A stretch of 64,000 bases of DNA from an uncultured Alphaproteobacteria bacterium (GCA_963785945.1 CAWAWU010000004.1:1054989-1118988); one strand, 5' to 3'; positions 39,436 through 48,845 are shown, counted from the stretch's first letter. A program made the numbers and translations. The notes: generated from the sequence alone by a model not told the origin.

Positions 39436-39987
39436 TCAACCCTCTGCGCCATTGAGCATTCGCGCCCCGACGCGGTCGCGCCTGACGAAATGATGCCAGA
39501 GCGCCGCGCCGATATGGATCACGATCAGCGCCAGCAGCACGTAGGCGAAGAAGATGTGCCGATCCTCGTAAGCCCCGGCTGCGGCCTTGTCAGGCGACGT
39601 GATTTGCGGGACGTGAAACAGCCCGAACCAATCCGAATAATTCGGGGAACGTGCGCCGGAATGCGCCCAGCCCAGCGTCGCCACCAGGATGGTGACGACA
39701 TAAAGCGCCCAATGGCTGATCTGCGCCGCGATCCGCTGCCACCGTGGCGTATCGGCAGGCAGCGCCGGCGTGGGATTGATGGCGCGCCAGATGACGCGAA
39801 GCACCATCAGCAGCAACACGACATAACCGATATCGGCGTGGATCGAGCGGTAGAAAAAGCGATCCGCCCGCGCGGGAAAGTGATTCATCCACCAGCCATA
39901 GGCGATCATGCCAATGATCACGCAACCGAGAATCCAGTGGAACGATCGCGCGACGCTGCCCCAGCTCAAAGGCGTATTTCGAATCAT
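39436..39987 (-). CDS. Cytochrome b561 family protein
   Basis: FHW, H..IG, SHWALY, H......HIGAALWHH; four TM helices. Confidence 0.9.
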   Translation of the reverse strand: MIRNTPLSWGSVARSFHWILGCVIIGMIAYGWWMNHFPARADRFFYRSIHADIGYVVLLLMVLRVIWRAINPTPALPADTPRWQRIAAQISHWALYVVTILVATLGWAHSGARSPNYSDWFGLFHVPQITSPDKAAAGAYEDRHIFFAYVLLALIVIHIGAALWHHFVRRDRVGARMLNGAEG

Positions 39988-40132
39988 ATCTGCGTAACCT
40001 CCTCTCGGGCTTCCGGATTACCGGTCCGGCGTCCGGTCCACGGACCGGAACCGCGTGCGGCGCTAGCTCTGGCACATAACAAAGGCCATCAAAACAACTG
40101 AATGGTAACCCGGGATCGGCTAATATGCCGCG

Positions 40133-40930
40133 GTGCCAGCCTTCCCGACGATTCTTGTATTCGATTCCGGCCTCGGCGGCCTCACCGTCCTGCGTGAGAT
40201 CGTGAAGGCGCGCCCGGATGCGCATTATGTCTATGTCGCTGACGACGCGTTCTTCCCCTACGGCCACCACAGCGAAGAGGCGATCGTCGCCCGGGTGGTG
40301 CCGCTGATCGGCGAGTTGATATCGGCACATGCGCCCGATCTGGTGGTAATCGCCTGCAACACCGCCTCGACCCTGGTGATGTCGCATCTTCGCAGCGCCT
40401 ACAAATTGCCTTTCGTCGGCACCGTCCCCGCCATCAAGCCGGCCTGCGCCAGTTCGAAAACCAAGCGCGTGTCGGTGCTCGGGACCAAGGGTACCGTCAA
40501 GCGCGAATACACCCACGCCCTGATCCGTGATTTCGCCGGGGGCTGCAAAGTGACCTTGGTGGGATCGCCGGATCTCGCCTCGCTGGCGGAATCGGCTCTA
40601 AGCGGCGTTGAGGTCGGCGATTCCGCGATCGCAGCCGAACTGGCGCCCTGTTTCGTCGGAGCCGATGCGGATGCGTCGGCTCGAACCGATACCGTGGTGC
40701 TGGCCTGCACGCATTATCCGCTGCTGGTCGACCGGTTCATCAAACTGGCGCCATGGCCGGTCGACTGGATCGATCCCGCGCCCGCGATCGCGCGACGGGT
40801 CGCCGATCTGCTCGGGCCCGCCGGCCGCGATGCCGATCAAGCCGGCGCCGAAATGATTTTCACCTCGGGTCGGGCGCATGCGCTGAGCCAGGCGCTGATG
40901 CCGTTTTTCGGCGGCCGCGTCCCGGCGTAG
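40133..40930 (+). CDS. murI: Glutamate racemase
   Basis: FDSGLGGL, FPYG, IACNTAS, LACTHYP. Confidence 0.96.
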   Translation: MPAFPTILVFDSGLGGLTVLREIVKARPDAHYVYVADDAFFPYGHHSEEAIVARVVPLIGELISAHAPDLVVIACNTASTLVMSHLRSAYKLPFVGTVPAIKPACASSKTKRVSVLGTKGTVKREYTHALIRDFAGGCKVTLVGSPDLASLAESALSGVEVGDSAIAAELAPCFVGADADASARTDTVVLACTHYPLLVDRFIKLAPWPVDWIDPAPAIARRVADLLGPAGRDADQAGAEMIFTSGRAHALSQALMPFFGGRVPA

Positions 40931-41377
40931 CGCCCCTACACTATCCCAAACGCAGGCCAGAAAGTTTTCTGGCCGCGACTTAAACGATCGGTACAGAGTG
41001 TCGATCTGATCGCGTGCCGGAGGCAGACCACCCTCGATAACCCGCTGCGGGCTTCAACGGGAAACCGGGACCGATATGGCAATCAAGAAAACGCCGATTT
41101 GTCGGAGTCGATCAAGTGGTTTGAACGGTCCTATCACCAAGGGCACTCGATCTACGCTGCCGGAGAGCTCGCTTATGTCCATAGATACGCGCGCAAGGCA
41201 CCGTGGTTCGACACCAAACACTCGTTTGAATTATTTCAGGTTTACGCGGCTTACAGAAATGCCTATTGCCATTATTGGCTTACATCACTGAGCGATGTTT
41301 CTAGCGTTGCGCGCGATGCTTAGGCTGGGCGCGCTTAGGACAGGATAGAAAATCCGAGAGGCCCGAGCCGCGAGTGG

Positions 41378-42205
41378 TCATCGCGATAGTCCCCAATTGC
41401 CGAAGGTTACGCCCGGCTTGGCCGGCGTCGCATCCTTGTCGACCTTGAATGCGAAGGTTAGTCCGGCGCGGATTTCATTGACGGCATGCCCGTTGACCAG
41501 CGCATACCGAAACGCGGCATCGAAGCTGAGTTCGTCCTTAACCTGCCAGATAGCGCCAAGCAGCACGGAGCGAGTTTCGCTCTGCGTCCAAATCTTGTCG
41601 TAAAACGTTTCAAAGACCGGCCGGACTTTCCATTTCGACGGGCCTTCAAGAATGACATCGAGGAAGGCTTCGCCATGCTGATCGCGGGTAAGATTGGTCT
41701 CGACATTAAAGTGCGCCGTTCCCCAATCCCAGCGCTGAGATACGATACCGGCCCAGCTAAACCCGACTCCGGGATCGGTATTGACGCCCGGCAACAGCGG
41801 CCCGAACTCCGTCGCGATACTAACGCCGGATCGATCCTGAAGAACGCCCGGCCGGAGAACGTATTTGAGGAACGCGCCCGCGGCGGCAAGACTAGTCGGG
41901 CCGCCCGGCGAAAGCGGAGTTTCGAGTTGGCCCTGCAAGACCATTTCCCAGCGGTCGGCGAAACCATAATTGTAGACCACCTCTGGCGCGATCAGGGTCG
42001 ATTGGGATCCTGTCTGCAGGCGCCCCGCCGGTTGCAATTCGATCTCAACTTCGTTGAGATTAGCGACGGCCGCATCGGTGCCATCGAACGGCCGATAGGC
42101 CGCCGCCGGCCGTCCGACAAGACAAAGCGCCACGGCTCCGGCCCAGCCGATCCGGACGATCAACCGGGTCGAGTAAGCGTGACCCTTACGTTCCGGACTC
42201 GCCAT
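41378..42205 (-). CDS. Putative outer-membrane beta-barrel (transporter-like)
   Basis: Signal peptide ending RPAAA; YRPFDGTDAAV N-terminus; alternating amphipathic strands ending AGLTFAF. Confidence 0.6.
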   Translation of the reverse strand: MASPERKGHAYSTRLIVRIGWAGAVALCLVGRPAAAYRPFDGTDAAVANLNEVEIELQPAGRLQTGSQSTLIAPEVVYNYGFADRWEMVLQGQLETPLSPGGPTSLAAAGAFLKYVLRPGVLQDRSGVSIATEFGPLLPGVNTDPGVGFSWAGIVSQRWDWGTAHFNVETNLTRDQHGEAFLDVILEGPSKWKVRPVFETFYDKIWTQSETRSVLLGAIWQVKDELSFDAAFRYALVNGHAVNEIRAGLTFAFKVDKDATPAKPGVTFGNWGLSR

Positions 42206-42210
42206 TGCCG

Positions 42211-43878
42211 TTACCGTGACATCCGCCAAGGCGAGCGATCGGTCCATGACTCCAGCGCCGCTTTTGCCCACTCGATCGATTTATCCTTGTGACATTCATT
42301 GCAGGCATTTGGAATCTTCAGTGTTTCGGTATCGCTCGGCGTCACGAAGTGAAAGGTGTGACTTCGAACGTTCTGATCCCCGATCGTCTGCGCGATCTTA
42401 GGCATATGACAGGCGATGCATTCGTTGCCAGCGCTACCGGTCTGATGATGCGTGTGCGCCTCGATCGTGGAGGCGTGCGGTCCCGCCTGTGCATTCGGGC
42501 CGTGGCAGTCAAGACACAGCGCATTGCCGGGCTTGCGCACCATGCCAACGTTGTCGGTGCCATGCGGGTCGTGACAAGAAAAGCAGGTGACGCCGCGAGC
42601 ATACATCAGGCTTTGCACGAAATCGTTGCCCTGCATGCGGTTCTTGTGCGCGGTGCCGTCTGGAAAGTGAGTAAAGGTGGTCTCGCCGAGCTTGTGTTCT
42701 TCGAGCTTCCAGTAGTTCTTCAGGTGTTTTCCAGCATCAAATCCAACCGGCCAATCGTAATATTTCCCCTGTATCGGGTTGGTCAGAGGTTGCCCCTGCG
42801 AATGACACTGGACGCAGGTGTCGCTGGCGTCCACGTAATCGAAGCGCGCTGGATTAAGAATATTATCGCGGACCGGCTGTTTGACATGCGCTTCGCCCGG
42901 ACCGTGACACCTCTCGCAACCGACATTCCACTCAGTGACGGTCTTCGTGTCGATGTCGTAGTTCACGGAATGACAGCCGTCGCAGAGCGGCCCTGTGGGG
43001 CGCTGAAAATTATCGGGCGGATAGAGCGTCGCCCACCAATCGGCGTTGTTGGGGACGAAATAGCGGCTCCAGGTTTGATGCGCGACATCCCATTGAACAG
43101 GCAGTGGGAAATAATCATCGCCGACCTTCTTGAAGTAACGTTGCTTCCATCGGCTTCCGTAAACAAGGCTGACGTCGTCCTTGGTGAAAGGAAAGACCGA
43201 ATTGGGCTTTGATAGGTCGGGGATGATGGCGTCGGGATGTTCGCGGGGATCGCGTACCACGTTGGCCATGCGGGTCTTGCTCCAACGCGCGTAAACCTCC
43301 TCATGACATCCTTTGCAGGCAACCGATCCGACATAATGCCCGTGATCCGAGGGCATTACCACCGGTGCAGCGGGCGAAAGCGCGGCCGCTGCTTCGGGAG
43401 TCATCGCTGCCACCTCCGGCAGGTGGCGGATGTAGCTGACAAGCTGCCAAATCTGACGGTCGGGAAGATTCCACGCCGGCATACCGGTGTTACGAATGCC
43501 GTTGCGGATGTGGTAAAATAATTCTCCGTCAGAAGTTGCTGCGATGGCAGGCGACCGCAACGTGGGCACGCGCGGGAATTCATCGGAACCGATGGGTGTT
43601 CTGCCGTCGCCGTCGTAGGCGTGACAGGTTTCGCACTTCTCCCGGTAAAGGTCTTTTCCGGCTGCAACATCGGAAGGATCGGACACCGGATTGACCCTCA
43701 TTTTCGCTTCCAAGGGAACGCTCTGATGCAGCAACCAGGTCGCAAGGATTGTCTCCGCCTCCGGTGGTTCGGTGCGCGCGCTTGATAGCCCAGGAATTAC
43801 TCTGACGTAGAGACCGCCGAGGATCGCAGTCGCCGCTACGAGAATGAAAGCACACCAAATCAGAAATTTTCTTCGCAT
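42211..43878 (-). CDS. Membrane-anchored multiheme c-type cytochrome (9 CxxCH)
   Basis: CETCH, CKGCH, CDGCH, CERCH, CVQCH, CFSCH, CLDCH, CIACH, CNECH; N-terminal hydrophobic anchor. Confidence 0.9.
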   Translation of the reverse strand: MRRKFLIWCAFILVAATAILGGLYVRVIPGLSSARTEPPEAETILATWLLHQSVPLEAKMRVNPVSDPSDVAAGKDLYREKCETCHAYDGDGRTPIGSDEFPRVPTLRSPAIAATSDGELFYHIRNGIRNTGMPAWNLPDRQIWQLVSYIRHLPEVAAMTPEAAAALSPAAPVVMPSDHGHYVGSVACKGCHEEVYARWSKTRMANVVRDPREHPDAIIPDLSKPNSVFPFTKDDVSLVYGSRWKQRYFKKVGDDYFPLPVQWDVAHQTWSRYFVPNNADWWATLYPPDNFQRPTGPLCDGCHSVNYDIDTKTVTEWNVGCERCHGPGEAHVKQPVRDNILNPARFDYVDASDTCVQCHSQGQPLTNPIQGKYYDWPVGFDAGKHLKNYWKLEEHKLGETTFTHFPDGTAHKNRMQGNDFVQSLMYARGVTCFSCHDPHGTDNVGMVRKPGNALCLDCHGPNAQAGPHASTIEAHTHHQTGSAGNECIACHMPKIAQTIGDQNVRSHTFHFVTPSDTETLKIPNACNECHKDKSIEWAKAALESWTDRSPWRMSR

Positions 43879-44081
43879 CAGTCTTGTCCGTGAATAGAAG
43901 GGCCTGCCTCAGCTCCTCGACTTCCCAACACGAGGCTCGAAGAGCCTCGCGCATGCTCCCGGTAACAGCTTTTTTATGCGCGCCGTCTTGTCGAGCGCGA
44001 CTTATTAACCCCTGGCCATCTTGATCGCATCGTCGAGAAGAAATGCAAGACGATAGCCGAAGTTCTTCGTTCATCTTCGCG

Positions 44082-44471
44082 TCACGCATGGAAGCTCCGT
44101 GTGACCCAGACTGTGCGGCCTTCCAAATCCCGGCTTGGAATCTTGGAGGTAGGAACGAGCGGAAGATTTTCCTTCGTCCAGGCCTCGATACCTCCCTCGA
44201 GGACATTTGCGGATGCACCCGCGTGACGAAGCCACGCAGCAACGCCTTCGCTGAGTTTTTGGCCCTTCTTGCAAATCACGACGACGGTTTGTCCGGAAAG
44301 GCTCGGCGCCCATTCCGCGACATCGGCATGGCTGCGCCGCACCGTGCCTGGAACGAAGTTAGGATCGGCCTCGAAGTCTTCGTCGATCCTGACGTCAACG
44401 AGAACGGGGCACGCTGCGGTGCCGATCAGGCGTGAAAGTTTATTGGGGGCCATTGAGTAAATGGCTGACAT
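44082..44471 (-). pseudogene. chrB: Truncated rhodanese/chromate-resistance protein (ChrB-type fusion)
   Basis: Rhodanese part (LVDVR..EDF, VVIC..G, LEGGI..W) runs into the ChrB motif start TVWVTR and stops four codons later. Confidence 0.7.
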
Positions 44472-44545
44472 GATGCGTCCTTGGTGGAGAACCGGACGCG
44501 ATTCTTTAGCATGTCGCCTCGTGGGGAGATCGCTTCCCCATACAG
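44472..44545 (-). promoter_or_regulatory. Structured 5' leader resembling chrB-type RNA motifs
   Basis: TGGGGA-AGCGATC-TCCCCA hairpin, then a GCGTCC...GGACGC stem covering the RBS directly before the ATG. Confidence 0.55.
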
Positions 44546-44665
44546 TCACTAGAGCCAAAGCTGCGGCCGTTTGTCAATCGGGAACTGAGTTCCCAAGTCG
44601 CGGTGCGATCACGTTCAAGCGCGCGCAGGTTTGCGCCTGTATGAAAGGAGTCTGTCAACTGAGGC

Positions 44666-44889
44666 GGCCTACTGGAATGTCCTATGGTCCCCGCACCACT
44701 TGCTATAATCGCGTTGTGCGTTGGCGGCAGGCTGGCGTTTGGGACCGGATCGTGGATGCACTGGCCGCAGGTCACGACGCGGCAAGATCAAGCAGACTCG
44801 ATATGACAAGCTCGCAGCCGACTATCTGGCGTTCGTCAAACTCGCGTCAATCCGCATTTTGTTTGCGTGCTAGTGAGTCCACGCCCTAG
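44666..44889 (+). mobile_element. Internally deleted IS5-family transposase remnant with right end
   Basis: YGPRTTCYNR..RWRQAGVWDRI then, in another frame, TRYDKLAADYLAFVKLASIRI; ends GAGTCCACGCCCTAG. Confidence 0.8.
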
Positions 44890-45085
44890 ATCCAGCAAGG
44901 CAGAAGAACGGAGACATCGCCGGCACCGCTTGTTGTTCTTTGCCGATACTACTTTCCTATCGGGCTCAACGATTCAACGCATCGCACTTCCCGCCACCAC
45001 GGATCACATCTGCAATTCCTTCAGCCTGAAATCGCAAAACGCCAACTGCTTCGCCTCGCACGCAAACACAATCTCGTGACCAGGC

Positions 45086-45648
45086 CGCGGCAAAACAACC
45101 CGACGGGCAAATCACCCAAACCCTGTCCAGCCCTTCCGCGAAAAATATTCCACTTAACATCGAGGCCAAATCACCGGCTTATCTGGTCCGTCTCACCCGA
45201 TGAGAGGGGCGGCTCGCGATCGTCACGAACGCGCGGTGGGATGCGGTGGACGCGAAAGCTGCGACTGACGAGCGTGGCCGATGCGTACGGCGAAAACGTG
45301 TGGTTCTGACGCCCCGATGCTGGCGTCAAGTTGGTGATGATGTCTGCGCATCACGCAAGTGATGTCGCTTCGCATCACACCGGCGACGGTGACAACAGGC
45401 CGGTCACCGGGAAGAGCGCGCCATAAGCCGTAAAACCACTGCGCAGGGAAAGCCGGATTGCTTCCGCTGGACCTGTATGCTCGTGTGCGTTTTTTTCTGT
45501 GCCCTTTGCACACGAGACCGCGGGTGCAGCGCGCATCCGGCTTTCCCTGCGCCCTCTTGTTGCTTTGGAGGGTGAACATCGATGCAAAACTCGGGCGCAT
45601 CGCGCCGCGAGATTGCGAATGCACATCTTCTCGCTGTTTGAAAATTGA
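45086..45648 (+). ncRNA. Large highly structured non-coding element (candidate ncRNA / non-autonomous repeat)
   Basis: No credible ORF; multiple perfect helices including 18 bp at 45441-45458/45535-45552; crossing helices suggest a pseudoknot; strand inferred. Confidence 0.6.
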
Positions 45649-45699
45649 GTCATTCTGATCGGCGGATTTACGCCCTACCGGCCGAACGGAGCTTTGCCA

Positions 45700-46479
45700 G
45701 TGACCGCTACAACCCCTGCCCCGCTGAACCGTCTCCGCCAATTGTGGCGCGAGGGACGGCCGACCTTCGGCGCGATCGCAACGATTCCCAGCATCCAGAC
45801 CGTGCAGATCATGGCGCGCTCCGGGCTCGACTGGATCATCGTCGATCTCGAGCACGGTCCGATCGACCTCGGCTCGGCGCACGGCATGATTGTCGCGACA
45901 TCAGGTACGCCCTGCGTGCCGCTGGCGCGGATTGCCGCCAACGAACCATGGCTTGCCAAGGCGCCGATGGATATCGGCGCGCTCGGAATCAATTTTCCGA
46001 TGATCTGCAGCCGCGCCGATGCTGAAAAGGCCGTGCGCAGCGTGCGCTATCCCCCGCGCGGCGACCGGTTGTGGGGACCGTTTCACGCTCCGTTTCGCTG
46101 GGGCGTGTCGATGCCGGACTATATGGCGACCGCCGACGACGACATGATCTGCATGATCACCATCGAGCATGTCGAGGCGGTCAAGCGGATCGACGAGATC
46201 ATGGCGGTACCCGGCATCGACGTCGCCGTCATCGGCCCCGGCGACCTCGCGACCTCCATCGGCAAGCGCGGCCGCCCCGACGATCCCGAAGTGCTGGCGC
46301 TGGTCGCGCAGGCCGAAGCCGGCATCCTCAAGAGCGGCGTCCCGATCGGCGGCGTCGCGCGTACGCCCGAGATCGCCAACCAGATGATCGAGCGCGGCTA
46401 TGTCGTGCTGGCGCTCGGCTTCGACTGGTCGCTGTTCGCACGCGGCATTGCCGCCAGCCTCGAAGGCATCAAGCGCTGA
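45700..46479 (+). CDS. HpcH/HpaI aldolase family protein
   Basis: DWIIVDLEHGP, D.GA.GI.FPM, RYPPRG.R, IGPGDL. Confidence 0.92.
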   Translation: MTATTPAPLNRLRQLWREGRPTFGAIATIPSIQTVQIMARSGLDWIIVDLEHGPIDLGSAHGMIVATSGTPCVPLARIAANEPWLAKAPMDIGALGINFPMICSRADAEKAVRSVRYPPRGDRLWGPFHAPFRWGVSMPDYMATADDDMICMITIEHVEAVKRIDEIMAVPGIDVAVIGPGDLATSIGKRGRPDDPEVLALVAQAEAGILKSGVPIGGVARTPEIANQMIERGYVVLALGFDWSLFARGIAASLEGIKR

Positions 46480-46516
46480 AACGCATGCTTGCGCTTTTCC
46501 CTTTCGTTTTGCCCTG

Positions 46517-46621
46517 CTAGAGCAGGATGACTTATCTTCGAATCGTCATCCCGCTCTATCTTTATGTTTACGCATGATCTTTTCGGAAAACCGGTTTCCA
46601 CTTTTCCGGATCATGCTCTAG
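46517..46621. repeat. CTAG-ended MITE/REP-like element, copy 3
   Basis: CTAGAGCAGGATGACTTATCTT...CCGGATCATGCTCTAG, nearly identical to 28250-28376 minus an internal hairpin. Confidence 0.85.
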
Positions 46622-46644
46622 TGTCGCCGCACAGGGAGAAAAAC

Positions 46645-47040
46645 ATGATCAAGAAAATTCTGCTCGGACTCACCATCGCCGCCTTCGCTTTTGCCGGTGG
46701 CGCGTTCTCCGGAAGTGCTTTGGCCCAAGGCATCAAACGCACCCCGCTGCAAAAGATCGACTTTCCGGAAGGCTATACAACCGTGACCGCGATCGCCGAG
46801 GTCCCGGCCGGTGGCGCGTCCGGCCGCCACAGCCACCCCGGCGTCGAGACCGGCTATGTCCTCGAAGGCGAGCTTGAACTCGTCATCGACGGCCAGCCGC
46901 CGCTCAAGTTCAAGGCAGGCGAATCCTATCAAATTCCGGCAGGCGCCATCCACAATGCCAAGGCCGGCGATAAGCCCTTCAAAGTGCTTGGTATTTATAT
47001 CGTGGATAAAACCAAGCCTTTGGCCACCCCTGCCTCTTAA
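46645..47040 (+). CDS. Exported cupin domain protein
   Basis: Signal peptide; HSHPG.E.GYVLEGE and IPAG.IH cupin motifs. Confidence 0.9.
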   Translation: MIKKILLGLTIAAFAFAGGAFSGSALAQGIKRTPLQKIDFPEGYTTVTAIAEVPAGGASGRHSHPGVETGYVLEGELELVIDGQPPLKFKAGESYQIPAGAIHNAKAGDKPFKVLGIYIVDKTKPLATPAS

Positions 47041-47105
47041 AGCAGCGCAAGCAGCGTCCTCAGGCAAGTCGGCGATGGCTGGATAAATCAGAGCCGCCTC
47101 ACAAG

Positions 47106-47351
47106 CTATCGCCGACGCGTGAGCAACACACCGACCAGGAAGGCGACCGCCAATGCCTGGAGAGGCGTCCGCCGCGTGAAGCGAGCAAGCATGTCCAGAG
47201 GCATGCCGGGTTCCTGCACTGCCTCTATTGCCTCGTTCACTCGTTGGCTTGCCGACCGAAAGGCCTGCGTGACCTGATCTACGGGATTGACCGGTTTGGG
47301 CGCCGGCCCGTCATCGTCCAATGAGTTCAGTGCGTCCAGTAGTTCGCCCAT
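47106..47351 (-). CDS. Small ElaB/YqjD-like tail-anchored protein
   Basis: C-terminal PLQALAVAFLVGVLLTRRR; GGAGG RBS. Confidence 0.7.
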   Translation of the reverse strand: MGELLDALNSLDDDGPAPKPVNPVDQVTQAFRSASQRVNEAIEAVQEPGMPLDMLARFTRRTPLQALAVAFLVGVLLTRRR

Positions 47352-47379
47352 ATCGGAATCCTCCCGAAGTCTTGGAACC

Positions 47380-47404
47380 AATGAGGGCAACAGGCAAATG
47401 TTCC
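47380..47404 (-). promoter_or_regulatory. Sigma-EcfG-like promoter
   Basis: GGAAC-N17-ATT on the minus strand. Confidence 0.55.
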
Positions 47405-47456
47405 ACGTCCCCGCTTCCGGCGTGCGTTCCGTGGGCGGCACCATTAACGAAGCGAT

Positions 47457-47753
47457 TTAGTCGACCGAGACGCGGATCACGCCTGAACGCATCATACCGA
47501 GCGCGCGCGCTGCGCTGACCGACACATCGATAATCCGACCTCGTACAAACGGGCCGCGATCGTTCACGCGACAACGGATTGAATGACGGGCGCTCGAAAC
47601 TGTGACCATGCTTCCGAATGGCCGGGTGCGATGGGCGCACGTCATTTCACCGCTATGGCCGCGGCCTCCGTAGTAGGAAGCAAAGCCCGTCTCGGCGTGC
47701 GCTGACGAGATTGAAACTATCAGCGATGCGACGGCTAACGAAGATCTGTACAT
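47457..47753 (-). CDS. Minimal RlpA-like double-psi beta-barrel protein
   Basis: G.ASYYG, TCAHRT.PFGS, VNDRGPF..GRIIDVS..AA..LG. Confidence 0.85.
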   Translation of the reverse strand: MYRSSLAVASLIVSISSAHAETGFASYYGGRGHSGEMTCAHRTRPFGSMVTVSSARHSIRCRVNDRGPFVRGRIIDVSVSAARALGMMRSGVIRVSVD

Positions 47754-48030
47754 GGCGATTTATCCAGATCGAAGGCACCGCGACCGCCGTGCTTGCCATC
47801 GCGCTCGCTCCTCGGTTTTGAAACGAACGAGTTGCCCGCCAACAGGTTCCCCTTCGACCTGGATGGACGGAACCAATAATTGGCCACGTTTCAGGCGACA
47901 TCGCCCACGAGCTACGCCGGCGCTGCGATCTTCAGCGCCGCGACGTGCCGTTCTACCTGGAAGATTTCGCGCGGCTAGCTGAATGAGTAAATCACTCACC
48001 AAGCTGGCTACAGTGTCGCATGAAGTGTTC

Positions 48031-48055
48031 GGAACGTTATTCGGGCAGGACGGTT
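48031..48055 (+). promoter_or_regulatory. Sigma-EcfG-like promoter
   Basis: GGAAC-N17-GTT upstream of the yciF-like gene. Confidence 0.65.
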
Positions 48056-48093
48056 GAGGGCGGGAAGTCTTAGTTCAACCGCCGGAGCACCCT

Positions 48094-48585
48094 ATGGAAA
48101 AAGACCTCAGCGCCCTGTTTCTCGATACTCTGAAGGACATCTACTACGCGGAAAAGCAAATCTATAAGTCCCTCCCGAAAATGGCGAAGGCCGCCAGCTC
48201 TGACAAACTCAAAGCGGCTTTTGAAAAGCACCACGAGGAGACCGAGGGCCAGATCGAACGCCTCGAACGAATTTTCGAATTGCTGGGCAAGCCGGCCCGC
48301 GGCAAGAAATGCGATGCCATTGAAGGTATCCTCGACGAGGGCAAGGAGATCATGGAGGAGTACAAGGACGAGCCCGCCCTGGATGCTGGCATGCTCGCCG
48401 CGGCGCAGGCCGTCGAGCACTACGAGATTTCTCGTTACGGTACGCTGCGATCCTGGGCCGCAAAGCTGAGCATGAACGAAGCGGCGAAACTCCTCGACCA
48501 GACGTTGGCCGAGGAAAAGAAGACCGACGACGCTCTGACCAAGCTCGCTGACAGCGAAGTCAACGCGGTCGCCCAGGCTGCGTGA
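48094..48585 (+). CDS. YciE/YciF (DUF892) ferritin-like protein
   Basis: LKDIYYAEKQ, H.EET..Q..RLE, AQAVEHYEISRYGTL, EE..TD..L. Confidence 0.92.
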   Translation: MEKDLSALFLDTLKDIYYAEKQIYKSLPKMAKAASSDKLKAAFEKHHEETEGQIERLERIFELLGKPARGKKCDAIEGILDEGKEIMEEYKDEPALDAGMLAAAQAVEHYEISRYGTLRSWAAKLSMNEAAKLLDQTLAEEKKTDDALTKLADSEVNAVAQAA

Positions 48586-48845
48586 TTCTCCGAGAAGGCA
48601 AGGCCTCGGCACACGGCCGGGGCCTTGCTAGCTGTCGTCAAACACCCTGATCATAGTCTCTACATGAATGGCTGACGTCCCCGGCCTGCAGGCTCCGCGG
48701 TAATGCCGGAGTATCGCGCTTACGCCTGGTTCCAAAACCAGCAGCGTGACCGCGACGTATTTGACTGAAACAAAATAGCCCTGTCGCCGTCATAAGATAG
48801 CGGGCCGGTCGGTTGCTTCCCGCCTGTGACCTTGAGGCGGATGCC

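Noticed and set aside
43880-44080. Possible small ORF between the chrB remnant and the cytochrome gene
   Set aside because: No RBS or family motif; more likely junction debris
45086-45648. Calling the structured element a group I/II intron or RNase P RNA, or accepting ORFs 45223-45882 and 45375-45653
   Set aside because: It does not interrupt a gene and lacks recognisable catalytic signature sequences; the ORFs have no homology cues or coding-like composition
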